Shown: positions 37,453-48,752 of the stretch, piece by piece | Layout: each line of letters starts with the position of its first letter | How positions within the stretch are numbered: position 1 is the first letter of the stretch | Assembly (NCBI GenBank): GCA_001661245.1 | Contig: KV454014.1 | Span: 62,001 to 126,000 of the forward strand | DNA length: 64,000 bases | Source of the DNA: Pachysolen tannophilus NRRL Y-2460 | Lineage: Eukaryota | Reading direction: 5' to 3' | Notes under the pieces: model-generated | Told to the model about the DNA's origin: nothing | Database searches by the model: none | The model's input: only the letters and a program-made list of their open reading frames with translations | Made by a program: the position numbers and the translations under genes

Positions 37453-37820
37453 AACGCATTACTTAAGTTGATTGATCATGATTTCTTAAACCATCTTTCA
37501 ATGTGTCATTATGCGGAAATTAAATCTTTCAGAAACTCAATCACTAAAATTTGAATTCCAGAAAACTGTTACCAGTTTCTTTTCGGTGAACTTTTGTTTT
37601 AAAAGTTCTTCGATTAAAAGAACAACTACAGTTTTTCTGGTTTTCAAAACTTTTTAAATCTTATTCCAGAAAAAAAATCTTTTTTTTTTTTGGAATAAAA
37701 CTGAAGCCTAGAAAGTTCTTAAACTTCAATTGATTGCAAAATCATTTGAAAAGAACTGTGTGTTTTCTTCAAAAAAAAAAGACAAAATCTAAAGCTTCAG
37801 ACAGTGATGATTGAACAGTT
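37453..37820 (+). ncRNA. SNR84: Box H/ACA snoRNA, snR84-like (predicted guide for 25S rRNA Psi2266, S. cerevisiae numbering)
   Basis: 5' hairpin with lower stem CGCAT/ATGCG and upper stem GTTGA/TCAAT. Pocket strands CTTAA and GTGTCAT are complementary to 25S AUGACUC-[U C]-UUAAG with one U.U mismatch. H box AAATTA at 37517-37522, 14 nt after the upper stem. Large branched 3' domain closed by TCAATCACT/AGTGATGATTGA, then ACA-GTT at 37815-37820. Next to RBA50. Ends are approximate. Confidence 0.8.
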
Positions 37821-37874
37821 TATATAAAAATTTATATATAAATATAAAAAAAAAAAAAATTTGGTAGTCGAATG

Positions 37875-37948
37875 TGCTCTCGGCGAGGCTCGAACTCGCG
37901 ACCTTCAGATTATGAGACTAACGCTCTAGCCAACTGAGCCACGAAAGC
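37875..37948 (-). tRNA. tRNA-Met(CAT), elongator, intronless
   Basis: GCTTTCGTGGCTCAGTTGGCTAGAGCGTTAGTCTCATAATCTGAAGGTCGCGAGTTCGAGCCTCGCCGAGAGCA: cloverleaf, CAT anticodon, G1-C72 and a GTTCGA T-loop (elongator, not initiator), followed by an oligo-T terminator. Confidence 0.97.
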
Positions 37949-38390
37949 AAATTCAATTTCAAACAAATGATTTCATTTTCCATTCATACTTGGATGAAAA
38001 AAAAAAAGATACTTTTTTTCCCTTTTTTTTTCCAACTATTACATTTAATTACAACTAAATTATGATATTTATGAACATATTTTTTACAATTATAATATAA
38101 TCTAGAATCTCATTTTATAAACCTACTGCGAAAGTGTTTACCATTATAATATATTATTAGTTTAATTTTTTTGGCGTTATATGGTCAAATTAAATAATTT
38201 TCTGTTCTAACCCGTGCACTACTTTTAAAATAGTTCGAGCGACAGCAAGTGGCTTGACATTTATTTAATTTTATAAAAATAAATTTGTATAATTAACACA
38301 ATTATAATAAAAAAATTATAACTAAATCAAGTATTTATTGTTTATTTATATTAGGTTTGAGATTGTTTTTCTTTTTCTTTTGAATTCATC

Positions 38391-38915
38391 ATGGTGTTAG
38401 GATTAGCTGCAATTACAATTGCACCATACCATGTTTTATTTTATTCATTTGTATTTGGATCAACAGCTTTCCATTCTTATATTAGTGCACCAATTGCTTT
38501 TAAAACACTAGCTAGAAAAGATTTTGCAATCTTACAAAATAAGATTTTCCCTGGTTATTTCTTAGCACAAGGTATAAGTCCAATTATTATTGGTTTAACC
38601 GCGCCGTATGCTTTATCGACTGCTGCGTTAACATTTTTGGGTATTTCATCAATAAGTGGTATGATTAATTATTTTTATATATTACCAACTACTCAAAAAA
38701 TTAAAGAAGCAAGATTTAAATTAGAAGCTGAAGAAGAATCAAGAGGAATTTCTCATAATAAAAATATTGAACCAACTCCACAAATGAAAGAATTAAATAA
38801 ACAATTTGGAAGAATTCATGGTCTGAGTTTATTATTTAATTTTTTCAGTTTTGTTGCTATTACTGCTTATGGATTCCCATTAACTTATGGTTTAACTAGA
38901 ATAATTCCAAGTTAA
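38391..38915 (+). CDS. TMEM205/DUF4149-family membrane protein (YPR098C-like)
   Basis: HVLFYSFVFG, PIAFK.L....F..LQNKIFP.YF, KQFGRIHG.SLLFN; four hydrophobic segments. Confidence 0.88.
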   Translation: MVLGLAAITIAPYHVLFYSFVFGSTAFHSYISAPIAFKTLARKDFAILQNKIFPGYFLAQGISPIIIGLTAPYALSTAALTFLGISSISGMINYFYILPTTQKIKEARFKLEAEEESRGISHNKNIEPTPQMKELNKQFGRIHGLSLLFNFFSFVAITAYGFPLTYGLTRIIPS

Positions 38916-39450
38916 ATTAATCATATAATAACTAGTTATAATAGTAATAAGAAGAATTAATTTTTTTTTTTCTTTTTTCTTTTTATTTTTTTGTGCTAAC
39001 CTAGCCTTCACTATATAGTGTGAAATTTTGTAAATACATTTGATTTCAATTTAATTAATTTGATTTTCCTTTATAATTATAATTAATTGCTCCTTGTAAG
39101 ATTATGACTGGTAATTGAAATTGAAATTGAAATCATGCTGGCACCTAAAACAGAATTAATACTTTTTTTTTTTTTTTTTTTTCTTTCTTTCTATTATTAC
39201 CTTTTCTTTTCTTTAGTACCGATCTTTATACTAAAACACAGGTACTAACCATATTAAATATAATCTAGAATTTTGCAAATTGTGATTTTTGACCTTTTTT
39301 TATTATTTTTGTGTAACCGCTGTTACCGTTAATTAATCTATTTCAGGTATATAATTATTATTGTTATGGTTATTGTTATTTCTATTGTTATTGTCATCGT
39401 CATCGTCATCGTCATAGTCGGGATGGTCATCATTACCAATTCTAAACATC

Positions 39451-39810
39451 TTACGTAACGATATGTGTAGGTACACAATTCCAAATAATCCGGCGGTTTC
39501 CGGTAGACAATGCTATTTATTGTAAATACAACATACAAAATGTTGTAGAAAACATACAATCAATTGCAGTTTCATACAAATAAATCCATAATCCAAAGCG
39601 GGGACTAATTATTTTAAATTTACATTACGTAGGAACTACGTACTTGTAATCTACGTAGGTATAAATTAACTAACTACTTAAGTACCTACCAACCGACCGA
39701 CCCACGTACCGTAAGTAAATACGTAGTAGGTACATAGATTACCTACTTTGATTAACCTAGATTACGTAGTTAAAAAAAATTTAAAAAAAGGATTACGTAG
39801 ATTATGTAGC
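39451..39810. repeat. Cluster of palindromic TACGTA and GTAGGTA/TACCTAC motifs
   Basis: TACGTA at 39452, 39626, 39637, 39652, 39720, 39763 and 39794, plus CACGTA at 39703. Confidence 0.7.
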
Positions 39811-41762
39811 TTCTATTTCCTATTTCCTATTTACGGATTACTGTCTTTACTATTAACCTATAAACCTACCACCGCTACTTTCTCCGGCCTCCCAACCACC
39901 ATGAAACCCGACCTCCTCGTCGACTTAAAACTTTAAAACTTTAAAAAATTCAAAAAAAAAAAAAAAAAAACAATTGTCAACTATGTCTCTTTCAAAAATT
40001 AAGATTTGCAACCCTACGTTGTACCCTGACCCTTTGGGATACAGAATAAATGGAAAAAAAAAAAAATTCGACCCAATTTTTTTCTTTATTTGAATAAACT
40101 TTTGAAAGCACCTACTTGAATTACCTAGCTAGGAAACTGTGTGTGCCAAGGTAAGAAATTAGGTAAAACCGGCCCTGAGCCTGAGCGGTAGTAGCAAACA
40201 TGATATACATTTAACAAGAATAAACAGAAAGCCGCTGCGCGCCTATATTCTATATTTTGAAAACTTATTAGTAGTAAAATGTGTATTTAAAAACATTATT
40301 TGTACCGCATCGTATAGAATATACTAGAATCTGGATCTACGATAAAATTGAATAAGGACAAATTTATTCGTTTTATTAAAGTCAACAATATAGTATGCAA
40401 TAGCAGCAGCATGGGTCATGGCCGGTAATGAAATGGAGACTTGTCCGCCATTCAAGATTTCATTTATTATGGGCATTAAAGTATTGCCTGTAATTTAGTC
40501 TTTTACACTAGTTTCTCTTTGGATCTAAATATAATTATGATTCAATTTACACGCTTACGCGCTTTTTCTCTAAACTGTTAAAACAATTAACAACAGATAA
40601 TAGGTTTGTCTGTAGTTTATATATATTGTTCTGTTCCATACGGTTTTGCTTGAATTCTAAAAAGTATGATCTGATATGATATGAGCGCGTTCCTTTTTTT
40701 TTTTTTTTTTTTTTTCTTTCTTTCTTTGATTATCTCTTTTCTGTAGCAGTAGCAACCGATATGAATTTAAAAGAAAGTATTTTTTAGTCTGTAATAAATA
40801 GTTGCATTTAGAGGTCGTTTGAGTAATAAAAGAGGGCAGGCAAAAAAAAAACCAGAAAGATAGCTTTATTACTTCTTCAATACTAAGAAGAAGGGTTTGA
40901 CGACGCATGTCATTTATCTATCAAGCATGGAATTTTCCCTTGAAATATCGAGAACGCCATTTAAAAGTCTAGATACACAATTCAAACGCTCAATTGTAAA
41001 ACACAATTTTTTTTTCCCTTTGTTTTGATATGTCTAAATTGGGAATAGTTTTATTTGAAGTCAAAGAAAAAAAGTACCCCAATTAGGAATCCTGGACTTT
41101 CCTCATTGGGAACAAATTGTCTTTGTTTTGAAAAGTACCGTGAATCGTGATTTTTTTACGAATTCCGACCAATCTGACCCTATTGTTTTTTTTTGGACCC
41201 CGATCTTAGTTAACATACGGACTATAATTTTGCCTCTGTGGGCCCTATTCAATCACCCTATTAACTTTATTATTAACCTTACTAAGTTTAACTTCTTTGA
41301 TGTAGATTGAATTTTGAACCACAGTTCAAAACTTAATTCATTTTTTTGGGAAACAAGATATAGATGTCTTTTTCTGGAAAATATTTTCATTCTTTTCTTT
41401 TTACCTATTAATCAACCAATAAAAGTAAAAAAAAAAAAAAAAAAAAAAATCTTAGTTTAGACCCTTGTTATTTGAATATTCTATTGCTCTTCAAAGATAG
41501 AAAGATCTAGTTAATGTCTTTTCTGACGCAATCTCTTAATTTACTAAAATAGGCAAGTTCCGAGGGTGTGGGGCAAATAAAAGGTATTCCGAGCATACAT
41601 AATCTGAAGCTTTTTCGTGTTTTTAAACTTTTTTCCCAGTTTAAAAATCATGCATCTTTCGACTCGAAGTTAGTAACTTTAAATTTTAATTGTTCGAGGT
41701 AGAAAAAAATTTTCTTTTCTTAGAATAGAATTTTTTTTTTTTTTTTTTTTTTTGTTAGAAAA

Positions 41763-41772
41763 TATATAAAAG
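41763..41772 (+). promoter_or_regulatory. TATA box of the small secreted-protein gene, preceded by a poly(dT) tract
   Basis: TATATAAAAG about 130 bp upstream of ATG 41899. Confidence 0.6.
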
Positions 41773-41898
41773 GGCCATGGCGCCTCGTCTAATTTATTTT
41801 TTTAAAAAAATTCTTCTTATTTTATTATTAAATTACAGAACTTTATTAATCATATAATAAATTTCCGATTATATATCAAATCAATTTGAATATTAAAA

Positions 41899-42078
41899 AT
41901 GCAATTTAGAAACGTCATTGTCGCTTTAGCTGCTGTTGCTTCAGTCCAAGCTGCTAACTCTAGTAACTCTTCAAACACAACAAGTTCATCAGTTTCAACT
42001 GGTGCCGCTGCTTCCAACGCTATGGGCGCTGGTGTCTTAGGTGCTGCTGTCGCTGCTGGTGTTGCTTTCTTATTCTAA
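41899..42078 (+). CDS. 59-aa secreted/putative GPI-anchored microprotein (YDR524C-B/YCL048W-A family); absent from the ORF track
   Basis: [59 protein letters not shown]: signal peptide, three N-x-S/T sites, hydrophobic C-terminus, strong GCT/GGT/GTC codon bias. Next to AGE1. Confidence 0.92.
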   Translation: MQFRNVIVALAAVASVQAANSSNSSNTTSSSVSTGAAASNAMGAGVLGAAVAAGVAFLF

Positions 42079-42968
42079 GAAAATCCATTTTTTTAAAACC
42101 CCTACTATAACTGCTACAGTATTAGAGAGAAGGAAAAAAAAATTAATGGAGGTTATTAGTTTATGAAGGAGGAAAAATTTGGAGTTTTATTTTATTTATT
42201 ATAGAGAATTTTTTTTTTTAATTCGTAAATTAATAATTTTTTTTTTGAATTCTTTTTTTTTTTTTTCTAGGCAAACTGTTTTAATTTTGTGTATTACAAT
42301 TAATAATATTAAAAATACAAAAGTGTAATAATACCTAGTCATAATGTTGAGTATTAATTGTATATTTATTAGTTATTCATTAATTAAAAAGCGCTTGTTT
42401 TTTTTTAATCTGTTATAATAATAGAAACATTCTTGTTTACCGAGATTAGCTCAAATCTGGGTAACTAAATTATTTAACCGCGCCTCCCTTTTATACAAAC
42501 GTCACGAGCGGTGATCTGCCCTCGTTCCGTATATTACCGTGGCGTTCCCACTTTCTCCGGCGTAAATCAAGTCACTTCTTCTTTTCACCTCTTTTCCACT
42601 GTTTTTTTTTTTTTTATTTTTTTATTTGAGTCATCCCGAGCACCCTAAACATACCTTTTAGTTTTTTTTTCCCCCAACGCCCTTATTCTGCCATTTTGTT
42701 AGTATTTTTTTTCTTTTTTTTTTTCGCTTTGTTCTTTGAAATCGCGGTTCACTAAGTATCATAACATTTTTTTTTTCTTTTCTATCTTTTATATGTGTAT
42801 GTATGGTCAAAAGGTGTGTGTGTGTGTATATATGTGTCTCAGGGCAACACCAAACGTAAGGTAAACACAATAATAATTCAATTAACCAACAACCGCTGTT
42901 GTATAAAATTAGTATTTTCCGAGGTTTCTATATATGGTTGTAGAGCGGTTAACTTGGTTTAAAGATTG

Positions 42969-45908
42969 ATGATGAATGTGATGAATTTGATGAATCTAGC
43001 GTTTCCGTATACTCAATTTAAAGGTAATTCTAATTTGAGTTTACAATCAATTGAATTTTCTAATCAATCAAATAATTCAAAATCATCAACTGTAAAGATT
43101 ACAATTGAAAAAAATAATTCCAAGTCGGAGTTTTGTATTAATAAGAGTCTTGATGGTCATGCAGTGAGGAGTCCAATAAGTTTTATCGAGAATGATATTA
43201 TTGATCAAGATGATTTGAATTTCCCATTATTAGTAAAAATTCCAAATGATATACAAAGGGTTAAATTTTTATTAAATTTAAATTTAAATAAAGATGATTG
43301 TTTATTTGCCAAAAATTCAAATAATAATAAGATTCAAATATATGAAAATTTAATAGTGGTGAAATTGGTTAAAGAAAAAGATTTATCACTGATTCAAGAT
43401 AATATTATAAATGGTATAATAGATGATGATAAGATAAAATTTATTGGAAATATAAATATACATGATGAATCAACAAAATTACCAACACAAAGTTTATTAT
43501 TAAAAGATACAAAAAATTTACAAAATGATTATTTAATGCCAACATCTGGAGATATTATAAATATTGTGGCTTTACAATTTTTTAAACCAACAGATTATGG
43601 TAAAATAACTTTTATGATTTTAAATTATAATAAAGATGAAAATTTTTTCACAAAATTATTAAAATTTTCTATTTGGAAAGAAAATTCTCAACAATCGCAA
43701 GATTTAAATCTGGGGAAAATTGTTGTTAATTCTCGATCAAATACAAAGACAACTATAATAAATATGGAAAATTTTAAATCTTTCCAGAATCCAATTGAAG
43801 ATGGTCCTGTATTTAGATCAACAGTCAGTAACTACGAAGAAAAAATACCACTAATGAAAAATGCAATTAATCAAATGCTTCAAGATTGTCAACAACTAGA
43901 AAATTCATTATCATCTTCTTCACAATTCAAATTATCCTTGATCAAATCTGTAGAGAAATTTAACAAATTAACCGTTTCAAGTGGATCATTTAAAAAATTA
44001 ATAGATGATCATTTTTTACCTGTTATTTCTCAAAGCAATAATGAAGATAGACTTTTGATGAACAATTTAAAAGCTTATGTGGTGAGCCTGTTGAATAATT
44101 TAGTGATTAAAAATAACTTGGATGTTTTCCAATCAAATAAAAAAATATTTGATGAAGAAAGTCAAAAATATTATGCATGGTTAAATAAATATTTAAGCTC
44201 TGGTAAATCAAAAGATGAAAAATTTTTAATGAAAAGAAAAGCATTTGAATTAGCAAAATATGATTATTTAAATTATTTACATGATATTAATGATGATAGC
44301 AATATTATGGACGAATTAGTTAATAATTTAATTATGTTTATCAATAAACAAAGAGGTTATAATTCATTAATAAGTTCAATGTCTGAAAAAGAATATGAAA
44401 AGAAATCACAAAAACATGAACAAGAAAGAAAACTTATAAGGAAAAACATTGAAAATGCTAAAAATAACGAAGAATTAAATTCAATATTTAATACTGTTTC
44501 TTCAAATGGTATAGTGGATCCAAGTTCAAAAATTTCCAAGTATGGACTTTTATATACTTATAGAGGTCAAGGAAAACAAGGGTGGCATAAAGAATGGATT
44601 GTTTTATCGAAATCAATCTTGTACGAATATTCTGATTGGAGAAAAGGTTTGAATCAAAGATCTGATCCAATAGATATTGCATTATGTTCAGTAAAACCAA
44701 TTAGCTCTGAAAAAAGAAAAAATTGTTTTGAAGTTTTCACATCGAAAAGTGTTAAACATATCTTTCAAGCTATCAGTGAAGAAGATAGAGATTCATGGAT
44801 AAAAGCTTTATATAATGCTGGACAACAGATAAAGGTTAATAGCGGAAGCACCACTAGTAGTGTTGGAACAGATATTAATAGTAATAGTGTGACAAATTCA
44901 CTTTTAATTTCAGACAATGGTATCGCAAATAGTCAAATTTTGAAAAATGGGAACGGTACTGAACAAAGTAGTCCTGATGCTAACAGAAAACGTATATCAT
45001 CCATCTCATTGAATAATTTGACTCTTGTTCAGAAAGCAGATGAAAGTAATATGGCATGTTGTGACTGTGGATCTAAAGAAGGAGTTGATTGGGTATCCAT
45101 AAATTTGTTGGTAATATTTTGTGTCAACTGTTCATCCTGTCATAGGTCTTTGGGTTCAAATATTTCAAAAGTTAAATCCTTACGATTGGATAATTTTAAC
45201 AACGAAACTATATCATTATTACCAAATTTTAACAATGCTACATCTAACGAGTTTTTGGAATATGATTTGGCTGGTGACAAAAAAATTATTTCAACTTGTT
45301 CAGATTCCAGCAGGTTGGAATTTATAACAAATAAGTATAAACTCAGAAAATATATTAACAGGGACCTTTTGGTTTCCAATTCGGCAAATGAGTTGATTTT
45401 ACATGGTTTAAAATCAAGGAATTTCCATGAAATGCTTCGTGGTATATTGTTAGATGGTAATGTAAACATGATGTTAGAAAAAAATGATCAAGCTGAATTT
45501 TCATTATTTGAATATTCATTAACAAAACCACTGAAGCGCAAGTTCAATTCAGATAAGGAAATCGAAATATTCGATATTTCTGAATTTTTAATATTGAATG
45601 GTTGTTATATTGGTGATGTTGTTTCAAATACTTTGAATTTGAGTAATAACGCCAAGAAATATTGGCAAAATAAGATTGATAATTTCATTGGTTCTGGATA
45701 TTCAAATAATAATAATAATGAAAACGGTAATGATTATCAATTGAAGTCTGTATCAAACACTGTGATCAATCATAAAATTGATCCAAAAGCTTTAAAGATC
45801 AACACTTCAGTTAGCGGAAACTCTCACAATGATAAATTTATGAGTCCGTCTTCTGCTAGCTCTAGGTATTCTATGTTATTTAAAAAAATAAACAGAAATA
45901 TCAACTGA
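42969..45908 (+). CDS. AGE1: Arf GTPase-activating protein with BAR-like, PH and ArfGAP domains (Age1/centaurin-beta type)
   Basis: EDGPVFRS BAR start, PH domain (GWHKEWIVL...RKNCFEV...FQAISEEDRDSWI), ArfGAP zinc finger CCDCGS...WVSINL...CVNCSSCHRSLGSNISKVKSLRLD. Adjacent to SPS1. Confidence 0.85.
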   Translation: MMNVMNLMNLAFPYTQFKGNSNLSLQSIEFSNQSNNSKSSTVKITIEKNNSKSEFCINKSLDGHAVRSPISFIENDIIDQDDLNFPLLVKIPNDIQRVKFLLNLNLNKDDCLFAKNSNNNKIQIYENLIVVKLVKEKDLSLIQDNIINGIIDDDKIKFIGNINIHDESTKLPTQSLLLKDTKNLQNDYLMPTSGDIINIVALQFFKPTDYGKITFMILNYNKDENFFTKLLKFSIWKENSQQSQDLNLGKIVVNSRSNTKTTIINMENFKSFQNPIEDGPVFRSTVSNYEEKIPLMKNAINQMLQDCQQLENSLSSSSQFKLSLIKSVEKFNKLTVSSGSFKKLIDDHFLPVISQSNNEDRLLMNNLKAYVVSLLNNLVIKNNLDVFQSNKKIFDEESQKYYAWLNKYLSSGKSKDEKFLMKRKAFELAKYDYLNYLHDINDDSNIMDELVNNLIMFINKQRGYNSLISSMSEKEYEKKSQKHEQERKLIRKNIENAKNNEELNSIFNTVSSNGIVDPSSKISKYGLLYTYRGQGKQGWHKEWIVLSKSILYEYSDWRKGLNQRSDPIDIALCSVKPISSEKRKNCFEVFTSKSVKHIFQAISEEDRDSWIKALYNAGQQIKVNSGSTTSSVGTDINSNSVTNSLLISDNGIANSQILKNGNGTEQSSPDANRKRISSISLNNLTLVQKADESNMACCDCGSKEGVDWVSINLLVIFCVNCSSCHRSLGSNISKVKSLRLDNFNNETISLLPNFNNATSNEFLEYDLAGDKKIISTCSDSSRLEFITNKYKLRKYINRDLLVSNSANELILHGLKSRNFHEMLRGILLDGNVNMMLEKNDQAEFSLFEYSLTKPLKRKFNSDKEIEIFDISEFLILNGCYIGDVVSNTLNLSNNAKKYWQNKIDNFIGSGYSNNNNNENGNDYQLKSVSNTVINHKIDPKALKINTSVSGNSHNDKFMSPSSASSRYSMLFKKINRNIN

Positions 45909-46506
45909 TACTAAGTTGTCTTATTTCAAAAAAAAATATTTTTATTTCTGTCATAATTCGATTTTTTTAATTAACTTTGGGTAAAAGAGGTAAGTTTATA
46001 AATAATTTTAATATAATTTTTCAAATTTAAATTCAAAAAGAAAAAAAAAATTAGAAAAATCAGTAGAATGGATATCGCTCAACATGAATTGATGTATACT
46101 CATCTGTATTCTTGTTTGTAGACTAAAGTAATGGCAGATATCTAGTGTATTATTTGAAATGGTACTAATGGTGCCTTTAGTGAGTGCATTTGTGGAACTT
46201 ATCTATGTGTGCGGCTCACATACAAGAATTTGATACAACAGTTTCTCTTGACTATAATATTTCCAGAAAGAACATTTGCTTCAAGTTTTTAAATGCTGCT
46301 ATTTTCATTTCTTTCCTTTATGAAAATATAGAAAAAAGATTCAGTAGTTTTTAAGAAGTTGAATATTAACTATTGGCTAAATACAAAAAAAAAAAAATTG
46401 ACATCTCTTGCAATTTAATTTGATAAATTTTTAAACAAATTAGCTATATTTTTTCATATTTTTTAAATTTTTAAAGCTATATATTACCTTCTGTTATTGA
46501 GTTATT

Positions 46507-48195
46507 ATGAATGTTGATCCCGTGGAGCTATTTGAAATTGATAAGTGCATAGGAAGGGGTAATTTTGGGGATGTTTATAAAGCGTATGTAATTTTTGCAA
46601 ACAATCTTTTGAAGTGGATCTATATTAACAGAAAAAATGATTATGAATGATATAGTGTTGATAGAGCATCTTCAACAATTGTTGCTGTTAAAGTTATAAA
46701 TTTAGAAGAGTCTGAAGAAGACGTTGATATTTTGATTCAAGAGATCCTTTTTTTATCTCAGTTGAGATCTCCTTATATTACAACTTATTACAGCACTTAT
46801 ATTAAAGATGTTTCACTTTGGATAATTATGGAATATTGTGGTGGTGGATCTTGCGCAGATTTATTAAGATGCTATAAATGTTTGCATGAAGATATAGTTG
46901 CCTTTATTATTAGAGATGTTTTAAGAGGGTTAGACTATTTACATTCCCAAAGAAAAATTCATAGAGATATAAAAGCTGCAAACATATTATTGACTAATAG
47001 TGGCCAAGTAAAGATTGCAGACTTTGGTGTTAGCGGCCAAATTACAAATACCCAATTGAAGAAACATACTTTTGTAGGAACTCCATTTTGGATGGCACCA
47101 GAAGTTATTACTAGGAAAACAGGTTACAACGAGAAAGCAGATATTTGGTCCTTAGGTATCACTACAATTGAACTAATTAACGGTACACCTCCTTATTCTG
47201 AATATCCACCTATGGAGATATTATTTAAAATTCCAAAATCTGCTCCTCCAATCTTGGTTGGAAGTGAGTATAACGAAGTTTTGAAGAAATTTGTTAAAGA
47301 ATGTCTTAGGAGAAATCCCGCTGATAGACCATCAGCTAAAACTTTACTTCAGCATGAATTCTTATCCGTTGAAATTGGAAACATGCCTTTAATAAGTCTT
47401 ATAAAACATAAGAATAAATGGATAATGAGGAACAAGTTTGGAACAAGAAAACCAAGGTTCCCATTGAATTATAATGAGGGTATTATGAACAATAATACAC
47501 CAGTGGATTGGAATTTTTCCACAACAAGAACAAAAGATCTTCCAATTGCTCAATCAACTATTTTAGAAAATAAAAAAAAATCTAAAAATGAAATTGGGGA
47601 ATGGTCCGATATCGAAAATATTTCAATTGAAGAACAACTCAATACTTATTTCCATGAAGAAACCTCTGAAAAGAATGAATCAGAGTCAATGACCCGTGAT
47701 CAAAAAGAAGAGTCACCTAGCAGTGCAAAAACTTCTAAAAGTAGTCCAACCTCAGGTGGAATGAGCAAAGATTTAAATTCACCACGGACTTCAAATACAT
47801 CTCCTTACATTACAAGCAGTCCAGAGTTTGGGATTGTTAGCCGAACAGGAAAGGTTTCCGCAATTTCCAGTTCACCCTTGGTTTGTTCAGATTCACCAAG
47901 AGAAAATCCAAGTCCTAAGTCGACAGAAAACATTTCTGAAGAAAATTCTTCTGATTTAAAATCTTCTTCTGCTTCAATTTACTTACCTAAGGATATCAAT
48001 TATCCAAACGATATAATTTCATATGCTTTTGGTAAAATTTTTTATAGAGCTAAAAAGAAGGAAACCAAACAAGCTGTCTATAATTTGAGGAAAATCATTT
48101 ATGATTTTGAAAGACAACAGCCTGGATTATGTGAAGCCTTAAGTGAAGAGATCTTTTTAAGAATGAAGGCTTCAAAAGAAAGGGAACTTAGATAG
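46507..48195 (+). CDS. SPS1: Sporulation Ste20/GCK-III kinase Sps1; 2 exons (46507-46583, 46656-48195), 538 aa
   Basis: Exon 1 supplies the Gly loop (CIGRGNFGDVYKA); after the intron 46584-46655 (GTATGT...TATTAAC...TAG) the frame continues VDR...IVAVKVINLE, IMEYCGGGSC.DLL, KIHRDIKAANILL, TFVGTPFWMAPEV, FERQQPGLCEAL. Confidence 0.93.
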
Positions 48196-48752
48196 TGAAA
48201 AGGCCAAAGCCAAAAAAAAAAAAAGAATAAAAAAGTACAGTTTCTCTATTTAAATCGTTTCTTGTTTTTATACTTTTATAGATCGATCAGTTGAGATTAC
48301 TAGCACAAACTTTGAGATCATACTAAATCTTTTCACCTTTTCAAGATGATTATATAGTTAAGTAGAATAATTGGAATAAATAGAATTAAATTATAAGACA
48401 GTTTTTGCCAGATTGTAGTCTTTTAGACATATTCTCATCGAAATGCACAAATATGCTTGATTCTAATTGAAGTCTCAGAACTTGCATATAAACTTGCAGC
48501 TAAATACATTTAATTTGAAAAGTAACAAGATTGAATATTTTTCTCTTCATTATTTCTATAAAAGATTTCTCTGCTTTCATTTGGGTTTAGGGTTTCTTAG
48601 AGTTATAAAAAGGGTAAATATTACGATTTCTATATGTTATTGTGAAAAAAGTTGATAAAATAAAGTACATGAATTTATAGAAACTAGTATATATAAAGTA
48701 ATGAGCAAAAACAAAAATGCTCCAGATGTGTTTCACTTATGAGAAAATTGTT

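Noticed and set aside
37875..37948. tRNA involved in the CUG reassignment, or initiator tRNA
   Set aside because: Anticodon is CAT with elongator features; it is unrelated to CUG decoding.
39338..41310. Short ORFs in the long intergenic region (39338-39559, 39748-39936, 40657-40908, 41128-41310)
   Set aside because: Built from microsatellites and homopolymer runs, mostly non-ATG starts, no coding-like composition.
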